Shown in pieces: positions 1 to 9,291 of a stretch of 26,308 nucleotides of DNA. The notes under the pieces were generated by a model. It was not told the DNA's origin, searched no databases, and saw only the letters and a list, made by a program, of their open reading frames with translations. How positions within the stretch are numbered: position 1 is the stretch's first letter; each line of letters opens with the position of its first letter. The DNA comes from a candidate division WOR-3 bacterium (GTDB lineage Bacteria; Hydrothermota; Hydrothermia; LBFQ01). The stretch covers positions 1-26,308 of the forward strand of contig JALUCS010000123.1 of the NCBI GenBank assembly GCA_027050205.1, read 5' to 3'. Position numbers and translations under genes: made by a program.

Positions 1-500
1 AAGCCCCTCGGAAAGCCGAGTTTGAGGAAACCGGAGGGGGTCAGGGCGAAGCGTCTCGTCCCCCTCGCAGCGCTGGTGTAGAAGGCCCCTCCCCCCGGTA
101 AGGCCGCGTACCTCCACCCGAAGAGGTGTAGGTTTCCCCTGTCCCTGAACCTCCCTCTGTAGGCCTTCCTCCTCCTACCCTCCACGATCACCACGTCCCC
201 CAAGTCGTACAGGATGGCGAAGGCCTCAACCGTCCCCCTGTGCCAAGATAGGCTCTCCTTGAGGTGCAGGCCCAGGCCCATATAGAAGCTCCCCTTGAGG
301 CGCACACCGTCGTACACCTCACCGCAGCACTCAACCCTCTCCCCCTCCTCCATTCCGAGCCTCCCGTAGACCTCCGAAGCCTTTAGGTTGGGGGCTTCCG
401 GGAAGTCGGCATATACGGCGGAGACGTTGAAGTTGAAGGTTATACGGGAGGGGGAAAGGGAGTGAAGGAAGTTCAGAAGCTCCTCAAAGGAGGCTCTCAT
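1..500 (-). CDS. Hypothetical protein, 3' end truncated by the window edge
   Basis: Manual translation from ATG at 500 (overlapping the yraN end): MRASFEELLNFLHSLSPSRITF..., open to position 1. No family recognised. Confidence 0.65.
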   Translation of the reverse strand, partial: MRASFEELLNFLHSLSPSRITFNFNVSAVYADFPEAPNLKASEVYGRLGMEEGERVECCGEVYDGVRLKGSFYMGLGLHLKESLSWHRGTVEAFAILYDLGDVVIVEGRRRKAYRGRFRDRGNLHLFGWRYAALPGGGAFYTSAARGTRRFALTPSGFLKLGFPRG

Positions 501-825
501 TTAGAGGCACCGCCTTTACGCCGCCCTTACCGACGATGAGGAGGATGAAACGGACCTCCCTCTCCTCCCAACCGCGCTCGGCCAGGTAGGCCTCCGCCGT
601 CAGCCTCATCCTCTCAACCTTGGCGTCGTCTATCCTCTCAAGGGCGGGGAAATCCTCGTTCCGAGTCTTCACCTCAACGAAGTATATAACCCCATCCTTC
701 TTGGCTATCAGGTCTATCTCCCCCGATAGCCTCCGGTAGTTCCTCGCCAGTACCTCAAAACCTCTTCGCCGCAGGAAGCCTTCGGCCCTCCTCTCCCCTG
801 CCTTACCTTTTGCCCTGGTTCTCAC
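484..825 (-). CDS. yraN: YraN/UPF0102 family PD-(D/E)xK nuclease-like protein
   Basis: G..GE..A..FL...G..VLARNYR...GEIDLIA...FVEVKTR motif; lies downstream of rplS, as is typical. Confidence 0.92.
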   Translation of the reverse strand: MRTRAKGKAGERRAEGFLRRRGFEVLARNYRRLSGEIDLIAKKDGVIYFVEVKTRNEDFPALERIDDAKVERMRLTAEAYLAERGWEEREVRFILLIVGKGGVKAVPLNESLL

Positions 826-1195
826 GGATTATCTTGAGGCGGGCGGCCCTACCCACCTTGTGGCGGAGGTAGTAGAGTTTGGCCTTCCTCACCTTGGCAC
901 GGTTCACCCTCTCCAACTTCTCAAGGTAGGGGGAGTGGATGGGGAAGATCCTCTCAACCGGGACGCCGTGGCTTATCTTCCTTACGACTATCCTCCTGTT
1001 CAGGCCCTTTCCCTGTAGAGCTATGACCGTACCCTCAAAGACCTGGACCCTCGTCTTCACATCCACGGCACCCGTCTTGTTGTCCCTCCGGAACTCTGCT
1101 ATTCGCCAATGAACGCGGACGGTGTCGCCCGGCCGTATGTCGGGGAGGTCGGACCTCCTATACTCGCTCTCCACCTTCCTTATGATCTCGTCCAT
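803..1195 (-). CDS. rplS: 50S ribosomal protein L19
   Basis: PDIRPGDTVRVH, QVFEGTVIA, VRKISHGVPVERIFP, KVRKAKLYYLR motifs. Confidence 0.98.
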   Translation of the reverse strand: MDEIIRKVESEYRRSDLPDIRPGDTVRVHWRIAEFRRDNKTGAVDVKTRVQVFEGTVIALQGKGLNRRIVVRKISHGVPVERIFPIHSPYLEKLERVNRAKVRKAKLYYLRHKVGRAARLKIIRENQGKR

Positions 1196-1222
1196 AAGCG
1201 GCTATTATACTGGGGAAGGGTA

Positions 1223-2185
1223 TCACCTAACGAAGACGGGTCCGGCTACGAGCTTGGGGAAGAAGTCGGTAGATTTCCGGGGCATGCGGAGGCCCGCCCT
1301 CGCCACCTCCATGACCTGCGGTGGGGTGGTGGCCCTAAGGAGGAGGACGAAGTCGTACTCCCCCCTGGATAGCCTCTTCAGGGCCAACCTGCCGTGCCTC
1401 TCGTACCCGGCTATGTAGCCGTAGTTCCCAGCGAGGAGGACGTTGTCGCTAAGGTAGGCGGGGACCTCGGAGAGGGGGCCGTCCGAAAGGTTGAACTCCA
1501 GGCCTATGGGCCGGGTGGCCCTCCCCTTGAGTATGACAGGGAAGGTGGCGAAATGCCCCTCATCTATCCCCCTAAGTGTGCGCTTCCCTATCCCCCTAAG
1601 GCGTCTCTTCAGGTCCGCCTTCCCCATCTTCAGGCCCCTGTGGGTGGGGAGGATTATTAGGGCGGGGTCCCTTACGTCCATAAAGGCGACGAAGACCTCT
1701 CCCTCCATCCCGTAGGCGGCGAACCGGTGGTGTCCGTCCGCTATAACCATCTCCCTCGGCAGCCTCCCCCTCACCTTGGCCGTAAATACAGACGTCCTTA
1801 CCCCGTAGAAGGTGGCCTCAAATAGGAGGTCTTCCGGCTCCGCCCTGCGAAGGACTTCGGACGTGTCCTCCCCGATCAGCATTATCGGGGCGAACTGGTA
1901 GGGGAAGGACCGCGCCAGTTCCCTGTAGAAGGCGACCCCCTCCGGGAAGGTGTCCTCGTGGGGGTAGATGGTGTAGTCGGAGGGGTCTATCATACAGAGC
2001 AAGGCCCTCCGGACGTGCCGGACACCTCTTAGGACGAACTCCTGAACTATGACGAGGTAGCTCCTGCCGACGTGGCGGAGGGGGAGTTTCCTTAGGGACT
2101 CGGAGGAGGAGTTGAGGAAGGGCCAGAGCTCCTCGTAGGGGACGGCGAAGCCCTCGGTTGATAGGTAGATTTCAGGCGCCCTCAT
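1223..2185 (-). CDS. DUF1015 family protein (ParB/Srx-like core)
   Basis: PHEDT, IADGHHR, ILPTHR and MPRKSTDFFPKL motifs. ATG at 2185 overlaps the end of the serA-like gene; the ORF track starts it at 2197. Confidence 0.85.
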   Translation of the reverse strand: MRAPEIYLSTEGFAVPYEELWPFLNSSSESLRKLPLRHVGRSYLVIVQEFVLRGVRHVRRALLCMIDPSDYTIYPHEDTFPEGVAFYRELARSFPYQFAPIMLIGEDTSEVLRRAEPEDLLFEATFYGVRTSVFTAKVRGRLPREMVIADGHHRFAAYGMEGEVFVAFMDVRDPALIILPTHRGLKMGKADLKRRLRGIGKRTLRGIDEGHFATFPVILKGRATRPIGLEFNLSDGPLSEVPAYLSDNVLLAGNYGYIAGYERHGRLALKRLSRGEYDFVLLLRATTPPQVMEVARAGLRMPRKSTDFFPKLVAGPVFVR

Positions 2186-3041
2186 TGAAGAACTCAACGA
2201 CCACCTTCGCGGCCTCCTCGGCGGCCCTCCTCTGGGCCTCCCTCGTCTGGGCGCCTATGTGGGGCGTGGCTATGAGGTTCTCGTACTTCAGGAGGTCCGG
2301 GGGTGGAGGCTCCTCCTCATACACGTCAAGGGCGACGGTTATCCTCCCCTCCTCAAGGATGCGGATCAGGTCCCCCGTTGGGATGAGCTGGCCCCTCGCC
2401 GTATTCACCAGTATTGCCCCCTCCTTCATCCTCGCCATCAGGGAGTAGTTTATCATCCCCCGCGTACCCTCGTTCAGGGGTAGGTGAAGGGATACGACGT
2501 CGGCCTCGGAGAAGAGGTCCTCAAGGGAGACCTTACGGTAGCCCGGTACGTCTATTACGTCGTAATATATCACCTCCATCCCCAGGCACCTCGCCCGCTC
2601 GGCTACCGCCCTCCCTATCCTACCCATCCCGACGATCCCCAGGACCTTCCCGTACAACTCCATCCCCTTCAGCTTCTTCTTCTCCCACAGACCGGCCTTG
2701 GTGGAGGAGTGGGCTTTGGGGATGTGGCGGGCAGCCGCCAAAATGAGGCCAAGGGTTAGCTCGGCGACGGATACGACCGTGGCGTTGGGGGTGTTCCTGA
2801 CGGTTATACCCTTCTCCTGGGCGTACTTCAGGTCTATGTTGTCTAAACCTACACCGGCCCGCACCACGAGGCGGAGGTTGGGGGCGGAGTCTATGAACCT
2901 CCGGTCCACCTTCGTCCGGCTCCTGACTATTACGGCATCTGCCTCCCTGTACCTCTCCGCCGGCAGGACGGTTATACCGGCTTCGGAGAGGATCTGCCCA
3001 GCGATGGGGTCGAGGTCGTCCATTATGGCTACTGAAGGCAT
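2172..3041 (-). CDS. serA: D-3-phosphoglycerate / D-2-hydroxyacid dehydrogenase (short form, no ACT domain)
   Basis: [19 protein letters not shown] (NAD binding), [15 protein letters not shown] and TPHIGAQT motifs. Confidence 0.8.
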   Translation of the reverse strand: MPSVAIMDDLDPIAGQILSEAGITVLPAERYREADAVIVRSRTKVDRRFIDSAPNLRLVVRAGVGLDNIDLKYAQEKGITVRNTPNATVVSVAELTLGLILAAARHIPKAHSSTKAGLWEKKKLKGMELYGKVLGIVGMGRIGRAVAERARCLGMEVIYYDVIDVPGYRKVSLEDLFSEADVVSLHLPLNEGTRGMINYSLMARMKEGAILVNTARGQLIPTGDLIRILEEGRITVALDVYEEEPPPPDLLKYENLIATPHIGAQTREAQRRAAEEAAKVVVEFFNEGA

Positions 3042-3056
3042 ATAGGGTATTGTACG

Positions 3057-3977
3057 GTGGAAGCCCGGACACCGCCTTTAGAATACCGGTTGGATATGCT
3101 TAGGGGAACCTGGAGAGTGAAGGTAGGGCTGGCGCAGATGCTGAAGGGTGGGGTGATAATGGACGTTACTACGCCGGAGCAGGCCAAAATAGCCGAGGAG
3201 GCGGGTGCCGTCGCCGTTATGGCGTTGGAGAGGGTCCCGGCCGACATCCGCAAGCAGGGGGGAGTGGCCCGGATGGCCGACCCCGAAATCATCCTCCGGA
3301 TAATGGACGCCGTCACCATCCCCGTAATGGCCAAGGTCCGTATAGGCCACTTCGTTGAGGCCCAGATACTGGAGGAGCTGGGGGTGGACTTCATAGACGA
3401 GAGCGAGGTCCTGACCCCCGCCGACGAGGAGAACCATATAGACAAGCACCCCTTCAACGTACCCTTCGTATGCGGAGCCAGGGACCTCGGTGAGGCCCTC
3501 CGTCGCATAGCCGAGGGGGCCGCCATGATAAGGACCAAGGGGGAGGCTGGCACGGGGAACATCGTTGAGGCCGTCCGGCACATGCGCCGCATAAACCGTC
3601 AGATAAGGGAGCTTACCACCAAGGACCCGGAGGAGTTATACACGGCCGCCAAGGAGCTGAAGGCCCCCTACGAGCTGGTAAAGTACGTGGCGGAACACGG
3701 ACGCCTCCCCGTCCCCAACTTCGCCGCCGGTGGCATAGCAACGCCCGCCGACGCTGCCCTGATGATGCAACTCGGGGCCGAGGCCGTGTTCGTGGGTAGC
3801 GGCATCTTCAAGTCCTCCAACCCCCGCCGTATGGCCGCAGCCATAGTTGAGGCCGTGGCGTACTACGACAACCCCAAGGTACTGGCCCGGATCTCCCGCG
3901 GTCTCGGTGAGCCGATGCGCGGTTTGGACGTACATCAGCTTAGGGAAGAGGAACTCCTCCAGACCAGAGGCTGGTGA
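3057..3977 (+). CDS. pdxS: Pyridoxal 5'-phosphate synthase lyase subunit (real start possibly ATG 3096)
   Basis: [41 protein letters not shown] motifs. Confidence 0.97.
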   Translation: MEARTPPLEYRLDMLRGTWRVKVGLAQMLKGGVIMDVTTPEQAKIAEEAGAVAVMALERVPADIRKQGGVARMADPEIILRIMDAVTIPVMAKVRIGHFVEAQILEELGVDFIDESEVLTPADEENHIDKHPFNVPFVCGARDLGEALRRIAEGAAMIRTKGEAGTGNIVEAVRHMRRINRQIRELTTKDPEELYTAAKELKAPYELVKYVAEHGRLPVPNFAAGGIATPADAALMMQLGAEAVFVGSGIFKSSNPRRMAAAIVEAVAYYDNPKVLARISRGLGEPMRGLDVHQLREEELLQTRGW

Positions 3978-4735
3978 TGAGGATCGTCATAGCCAACCAG
4001 AAGGGGGGCGTGGGTAAGACTACGACGGCCGTCAACCTATCCGCCGCCTTGGCCTTGATGGGGGACAGGGTACTTCTGGTGGACGCCGACGCCCAGGCCA
4101 ACGCCAGCATAGGGGTGGGTCTGGGGAACCGCAACCCCAACCTCTACCACGCCCTCATAGGCCTAACGGACGTACGGAAGGCCATATACCCTACGGAGGT
4201 GGAGGGTCTGGACTGCCTTCCATCCTCCCCGGACCTCATAGGGGTGGATGCCGAGCTGAAGGGTGCGGACGGGTGGGAGTACCGCCTTAGGGACATCCTA
4301 AGGGGTTTGGACTACGACTGGGTCATCATAGATACCCCGCCGTCCCTCGGAACCCTCACCATCCTATCCCTAACCGCGGCTGACAGGGTGATAATCCCCG
4401 TACAGGCCGAGTACTACGCCCTTGAGGGCCTGGGGCAGCTCCTTGAGACCCTGAAGTACGTCATAAACCTCCTGAACCCCCGCTTGGACCTGATGGGGGT
4501 ACTCGTGGCTATGTACGACCGGAGGGTCAGACTCTCAAGAGAGGTCTACGAGGAGCTGCGGAGGTACTTCGGGGACAAACTCTTCAGGTCCGTCATCCCC
4601 CGGAACGTCAAACTGGCAGAGGCTCCGAGCTTCGGGAAGCCCGGCGTCATATACGACCCCTCATCCCGCGGGGCCATAGCCTACATGGAGCTGGCCAAGG
4701 AGATAAGGGATGCCAAGGGGAAGCCGGCTCGGTAA
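3974..4735 (+). CDS. parA: ParA/Soj chromosome partitioning ATPase
   Basis: [11 protein letters not shown] deviant Walker [35 protein letters not shown]. Confidence 0.96.
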   Translation: MMRIVIANQKGGVGKTTTAVNLSAALALMGDRVLLVDADAQANASIGVGLGNRNPNLYHALIGLTDVRKAIYPTEVEGLDCLPSSPDLIGVDAELKGADGWEYRLRDILRGLDYDWVIIDTPPSLGTLTILSLTAADRVIIPVQAEYYALEGLGQLLETLKYVINLLNPRLDLMGVLVAMYDRRVRLSREVYEELRRYFGDKLFRSVIPRNVKLAEAPSFGKPGVIYDPSSRGAIAYMELAKEIRDAKGKPAR

Positions 4736-5519
4736 GGGTCTGGGGGCAATATTCAGTCAGAAGGATGAGATAAGCCTCCAGCGGTACGTACCCATAGACG
4801 AGGTGGTACCCAACCCATACCAGCCCCGCAGGGAGTTCTCCGAGGAGGAGTTGAGGGAGCTGGCCGAGTCCATAAAGGCCCACGGTATGCTCCAGCCCAT
4901 AGTCGTCCGGGAGAAGGATGGCCGGTACGAGATAATAGCCGGAGAGAGGCGCTGGAGGGCGGCCAAACTCGCCGGCTTAGACAGGATCCCCGCCGTAATA
5001 AGGGAGGTGGAGAGCGAGGAGGAGATGCTGGTCTTCGCCCTCGTTGAGAACCTACAGAGGGAGGACCTGAACCCCGTAGAGAAGGCCCTCGCCCTCAAGA
5101 AACTGAAGGAGGACTTCAACGCCACGGATCAGGAGATAGGGAGGATAATAGGCAAGAGCCGGAGCGCCGTTACGAACACCTTGAGACTCCTGGAACTACC
5201 GGAGGAGGTCCTAACCCTCCTCGCCGAGGGTAAGATAAGCGAGGGACACGCCCGCGTCCTCTTGAGGTTGGGGGACCCGGAGAGCCAGATAGCCTGGGCG
5301 AAGAGGGTAGTTGAGGAGGGGATAAGCGTCAGGGAGTTGGAGAGGCTCCTGTCCAACCGGAAAGATGAGGACGGCTGGGTGAGGGAGTACGAGGAGAGGA
5401 TAAGGAGCAAGGGGCTGAAGGGTCGGATAAAGGCCGGAAAGCGCAGCCTGACCCTTGAGCTGAAGTTCAAGAGCAGGGAGGAGCTGGACGACTTCTTAGG
5501 GAGGTTGGCAGAAAAATGA
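4710..5519 (+). CDS. parB: ParB/Spo0J partition protein
   Basis: LGKGLGA N-terminal motif, PNPYQPR, GERRWRA, ENLQREDLNP, HTH region, GHARVLL. Confidence 0.96.
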   Translation: MPRGSRLGKGLGAIFSQKDEISLQRYVPIDEVVPNPYQPRREFSEEELRELAESIKAHGMLQPIVVREKDGRYEIIAGERRWRAAKLAGLDRIPAVIREVESEEEMLVFALVENLQREDLNPVEKALALKKLKEDFNATDQEIGRIIGKSRSAVTNTLRLLELPEEVLTLLAEGKISEGHARVLLRLGDPESQIAWAKRVVEEGISVRELERLLSNRKDEDGWVREYEERIRSKGLKGRIKAGKRSLTLELKFKSREELDDFLGRLAEK

Positions 5520-5860
5520 ACGGTGTCCAGTACGGAGATAAAATGAAGGGTTCTATGCTTCGGAAAAAGGCAAAGAGGGGTAAGAAGAGGAAGGACCACG
5601 GGGTGGTATGTAGGTGGTGCGGGTCCCGGAACGTGGTAAAGAACGGAAAGAAGGCCGATGGCAGACAGACGTACCTGTGCAAGGACTGCGGGAGACGGAT
5701 GGTGGAGAAGCCGAAGTACAAGAGGATGAGGGAGGAGGACCTGAAGGTAGCGTTAAAGTTGAGGAGGGAGGGGATGAGCTACGGGGCGATAGCGAGGACG
5801 TTGGGATACGGTGAAACCACGATAAGGTGGCATATCAAGAGGGTCCTAGAGGAAAGTTGA
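5516..5860 (+). mobile_element. IS1-family InsA-like Zn-ribbon plus HTH protein (transposase fragment, no DDE domain)
   Basis: CRWC-GS-VVKNG-GRQTYLCKDCGR zinc ribbon followed by an HTH (GMSYGAIARTLGYGETTIRW). No InsB or terminal inverted repeats seen. Confidence 0.65.
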
Positions 5861-5891
5861 ACGTCGGTCGCTTTTCAACGTTGATAGAGGG

Positions 5892-6389
5892 TTAGAACTG
5901 TTCCGTATAGCCTTTAGGTAGTTTAACGAGGACGACCCCACCCTCCGGGTCCACCTCCCGTACGTACTCCTCCACGAAGGGTACGTATATCCGCTTACCG
6001 TTGGACATCTCCACCTCAAACGTCCAATAGGGTCCCCACTCGTGCATATCCACGACCTTACCGACCTCCCTTCCCTCCGTATCCACCACCCTTAGACCTA
6101 AGAGTTGATAGATGTAGAACTCCCCCTCCTCCAAGGGGGGTAGGTCCTCCTCCGCCACTTCCACGTAGAGGTTCCGCAGCAACTCCGCTTGGTTGATATC
6201 CTCAACCCCTTTGAGCTTGAGGACCACCGTTCCCTTCCTTCTCAAATAGGCCCTCTCCACTTCGTAAGGGCGATGGAGAATATACACCGTCTTCCCAACG
6301 AAAAAATCGGGAGGGTGGGAAGTTTGAACCTTTACCTCCCCACGCCTCCCGGAAGGACGCGTGATGCGACCTACCTTTACCCTCTTCAG
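5892..6389 (-). CDS. rimM: 16S rRNA processing / ribosome maturation factor RimM (CTG start)
   Basis: In-frame extension upstream of 6287 encodes VKVGRITRPSGRRGEVKV (RimM N-terminus). C-terminal PRC barrel: EGEFYIYQLLGL...YVPFV. CTG at 6389 overlaps the khpA TGA. Confidence 0.93.
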   Translation of the reverse strand: MKRVKVGRITRPSGRRGEVKVQTSHPPDFFVGKTVYILHRPYEVERAYLRRKGTVVLKLKGVEDINQAELLRNLYVEVAEEDLPPLEEGEFYIYQLLGLRVVDTEGREVGKVVDMHEWGPYWTFEVEMSNGKRIYVPFVEEYVREVDPEGGVVLVKLPKGYTEQF

Positions 6390-6622
6390 ATTATCTCCAC
6401 CTTTACGACCTTACCCTGCTTGCGGCCCACGGCTTCTACGATGCGGCGGATGGCGTTAGCCGTCTTGCCCTGACGGCCGATGATCTTGGCCTTGTCGTCG
6501 GGGGAGACCTCTATCTCGTAGATGACCGCCTTCTGGCCGGCGATCTCCCTGATGGCTACCTGATCCTGGTTATCCACCAGCGCCTTGATGATGTACTCCA
6601 GGAGCTCCCTGATGTTCGTCAT
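6386..6622 (-). CDS. khpA: KH-domain RNA-binding protein KhpA (YlqC/UPF0109)
   Basis: KALVD...KIIGRQGKTANAIR; located between rpsP and rimM; SD AAGGAGG upstream. Confidence 0.93.
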   Translation of the reverse strand: MTNIRELLEYIIKALVDNQDQVAIREIAGQKAVIYEIEVSPDDKAKIIGRQGKTANAIRRIVEAVGRKQGKVVKVEII

Positions 6623-6636
6623 GACTCACCTCCTTG

Positions 6637-6891
6637 TTATGTGGTTGGTTGTGTTCCCTGCTTCCTGGCCAGCTTAACGAGGGCCTTCACCCTTGCCGTC
6701 GGCTGGGCACCGCGCGAGACCCAGTACTCGTACCGTTCAAGGTCTATCTTCCACTCACCCTCCCTCTTCGGGTTCAGGTATCCAAGTATGTCTATTACCT
6801 TACCGTCCCTCGGAGTCCTGCTGTCGGTTACTACTACCCTGTAGCGGGGATCGTTCCTCTTACCGGTCCTCTGCAAACGGATCTTCACCAT
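6637..6891 (-). CDS. rpsP: 30S ribosomal protein S16
   Basis: MVKIRLQRTG...YRVVVTDSRTPRDG...GAQPT. Confidence 0.98.
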   Translation of the reverse strand: MVKIRLQRTGKRNDPRYRVVVTDSRTPRDGKVIDILGYLNPKREGEWKIDLERYEYWVSRGAQPTARVKALVKLARKQGTQPTT

Positions 6892-6933
6892 AACGGGTGT
6901 GTATTATACAGCGGAAACGGTCGGCGTAACGCC

Positions 6934-8133
6934 CTACACCCCAAAGGCCCTCTTGGCCTTAACTATGCCCTCTACGAGCCGGTCTACGTCCTCCTTCGTG
7001 TTGAAGACGGAAAGGCTCGCCCTAACGCTCTGGTTGTAGGGGATCCCCAAGAACTTGTGGAGGGGATGGGCGCAGTGGCCCCCGGACCGGACCATTATCC
7101 CCAGCTCCCCGAGGTACCAGGCGAGGTCGTGGGGGTGTAGGCCCTTGAGGTTGAAGGCTACGAGGGAGGTTCTGTCCTTGGGGGGTGGGCCGTAGACCTC
7201 CACGCCTCCAACGGAGGAGAGGGCGTCGTAGAGGTAGGCCGTAAGCTCCGTCTCGTGGGTGTGTATGGCTTCGTATCCGATCTCCAGGACGAAGTCCACG
7301 GCGGCCCCCAACCCTATCACCCCTCCCACGTCCGGGGTCCCAGCCTCGTACCGCTTGGGTGTCTCCTCCAAGGTGTAGTCCTCAAAACCCACGTCCTTTA
7401 TCATACTTCCGCCTACGAGGAGCGGTTCTCCCTCCTTCAGAAGCTCCATCCTACCCCAGAGGATGCCCGTACCCATAGGACCGAAGACCTTGTGTCCGGA
7501 GAAACCGATGAAGTGCGCCCCCGTTTCCCGGACCTTGACCTCCCTGTGGGCGAGGTACTGCGCCCCGTCCAACACGACCACCGCCCTCATCTCCTTGGCC
7601 ATCTTAGCGACCTCTTTGAAAGGCGGGACGGTCCCCAGAACGTTGGAGGCCATCGTAAGGGCCACCACCTTGGTGTTGGGTGTCAGTTTCCGGCGGAAAT
7701 CCTCAAGGTCCAGATAACCGTCGGGCGTTACGTTGAAGATAACGAACTCGGCCCCCCTGTTGCGGGCGAGCCTCATCCAAGGTAGGAAGTTGGCGTGATG
7801 TTCCATTACGCTCACCAGTACCCTGTCCCCCTCCCCGATGCGGTTGGCCAGTATGGAGGCGGCGAGGTTCAGGGCCTCGGTGGCGTTCTTGGTGAATACC
7901 ACCTCCTCCGGTCGTGCGTGGATGAGGTTGGCCACCTTCTTCCTCGCCTCCTCGTAGGCTTCGGTGGCACGGTTCGCCCAAGGGTAGCCCCCTCTGTGGA
8001 CGTTGGCGGGGAAGTTCTCGTAGTACTCAAGGGTAGCCTCTACAACCTTCCTCGGTTTCAGAGCCGTCGCCCCAGAATCCAGATAGACCACTCCCTCCCG
8101 TAAAGCGGGGAACTCCTTCCTCAAATCCAACAT
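6934..8133 (-). CDS. sufS: Group II (SufS/CsdA-type) cysteine desulfurase
   Basis: YLDSGAT, MEHHAN, FSGHK (PLP lysine), EAGTP and RSGGHCA catalytic loop. Confidence 0.92.
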   Translation of the reverse strand: MLDLRKEFPALREGVVYLDSGATALKPRKVVEATLEYYENFPANVHRGGYPWANRATEAYEEARKKVANLIHARPEEVVFTKNATEALNLAASILANRIGEGDRVLVSVMEHHANFLPWMRLARNRGAEFVIFNVTPDGYLDLEDFRRKLTPNTKVVALTMASNVLGTVPPFKEVAKMAKEMRAVVVLDGAQYLAHREVKVRETGAHFIGFSGHKVFGPMGTGILWGRMELLKEGEPLLVGGSMIKDVGFEDYTLEETPKRYEAGTPDVGGVIGLGAAVDFVLEIGYEAIHTHETELTAYLYDALSSVGGVEVYGPPPKDRTSLVAFNLKGLHPHDLAWYLGELGIMVRSGGHCAHPLHKFLGIPYNQSVRASLSVFNTKEDVDRLVEGIVKAKRAFGV

Positions 8134-8170
8134 AACGGTACATTCTAACCCCGCTTCAGCCGTAGGATAG

Positions 8171-8809
8171 GTGGGGGTGCATAGGCCCTTTGACCTGTAC
8201 GTGGAGGACTACGACCACTGGTTCGTAAGCAAGGGCAGGGAGGTCTATAGGTACGAGCTGCGGGCCATATGTGAGATGTTGGAGGGGACGTCCGGGAGGG
8301 TCCTTGAGGTGGGGGTCGGGACGGGCAGGTTCGCCGGCCCACTTGGGGTACCCTACGGTCTGGATCCCTCCATCCCCTCACTGAAGGTGGCGAAGGGTAG
8401 GGTCAGGTATCTGGTGGCCGGAAGGGGGGAGGAACTCCCGTTCAGGGATGGGGCCTTCTCCACCGTCCTCCTGATAGTGACGGTGTGCTTCCTTGACGAC
8501 GTAGAGGCTACGGCGAGGGAGATAGGGAGGGTGTTGAGGCCGGGGGGCCACCTCCTCTTGGGCTACGTCCCCCGCGACAGCCGCATAGGGAGGGAGTACA
8601 TCCGCAAGGGTGAGGAGGGACACCGCTTCTACTCCTACGCCCGCTTCTGGAGTACGGAGGAGCTCCTTGAGGTCTTCGGCAGGCACGGCTTCGTACGGGA
8701 CGGTTTCAGGAGTGTCGTCCGAAGGGGCGATGGCTACGCCGTAGTGCCAACGGAGGGGGAGGAGACGGTCTTCAGCGTCCTAAGGCTCGTCCTAAGTCAA
8801 ACCTCGTAG
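8171..8809 (+). CDS. Class I SAM-dependent methyltransferase (Methyltransf_11-like)
   Basis: VLEVGVGTG motif I, GEELPF..., RVLRPGG. GTG 8177 is an alternative start 8 nt after TAGGAT. Confidence 0.9.
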   Translation: MGVHRPFDLYVEDYDHWFVSKGREVYRYELRAICEMLEGTSGRVLEVGVGTGRFAGPLGVPYGLDPSIPSLKVAKGRVRYLVAGRGEELPFRDGAFSTVLLIVTVCFLDDVEATAREIGRVLRPGGHLLLGYVPRDSRIGREYIRKGEEGHRFYSYARFWSTEELLEVFGRHGFVRDGFRSVVRRGDGYAVVPTEGEETVFSVLRLVLSQTS

Positions 8810-9291
8810 GTCTCCGCGCCCATCCTCTTGAGGTAATCGGCAACGGGTCGGGGTAAGAAGTTGGAGACGTCCCCGCCGAGGGAGAAGATCTCCTTGACGA
8901 AGGAGGAGGAGAGGTAGGCGTACTTCTCGGAGGAGAGGAGGAAGATGGTCTCTAACTCCGGGTAGAGCTTCTTGTTCATCCACGCCATCTTCATCTCGTA
9001 CTCGTAGTCGGATACGGCCCTTATACCTCGTATCACCACCGTTATGCCCTCCTCCCTGGCGAACTCCACCAACAGCTTGCAGAAGCCCTTGACCTCAACG
9101 TTGGGGAGGTGGGACACGCTCTCCCTCACGAGCCTAATCCTGACCTCCTGGGGAAGTAGGGGGGACTTGTGCCTCGGCTCGGCTACGCCTATCAGGACCC
9201 TGTCAAAGAGTCGGGAGGCCCTCTCAACTATATCCAGGTGTCCCAAGGTAAAGGGGTCAAAGGTCCCCGGATACAGGGCCGCCTTACCCAT
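8797..9291 (-). CDS. coaD: Pantetheine-phosphate adenylyltransferase
   Basis: YPGTFDPFTLGHLDIVER, IRGIRAVSDYEYE, LSSSFVKE. Confidence 0.97.
   Translation of the reverse strand: MGKAALYPGTFDPFTLGHLDIVERASRLFDRVLIGVAEPRHKSPLLPQEVRIRLVRESVSHLPNVEVKGFCKLLVEFAREEGITVVIRGIRAVSDYEYEMKMAWMNKKLYPELETIFLLSSEKYAYLSSSFVKEIFSLGGDVSNFLPRPVADYLKRMGAETYEV

Noticed and set aside
5871..5881. CTTTTCAACGT shared with 18591-18601
   Set aside because: An 11-mer match is expected by chance in 26 kb, and there is no supporting att or IR context.
3974..5900. parS site near parAB
   Set aside because: No TGTTTCACGTGAAACA-like palindrome was found by eye.
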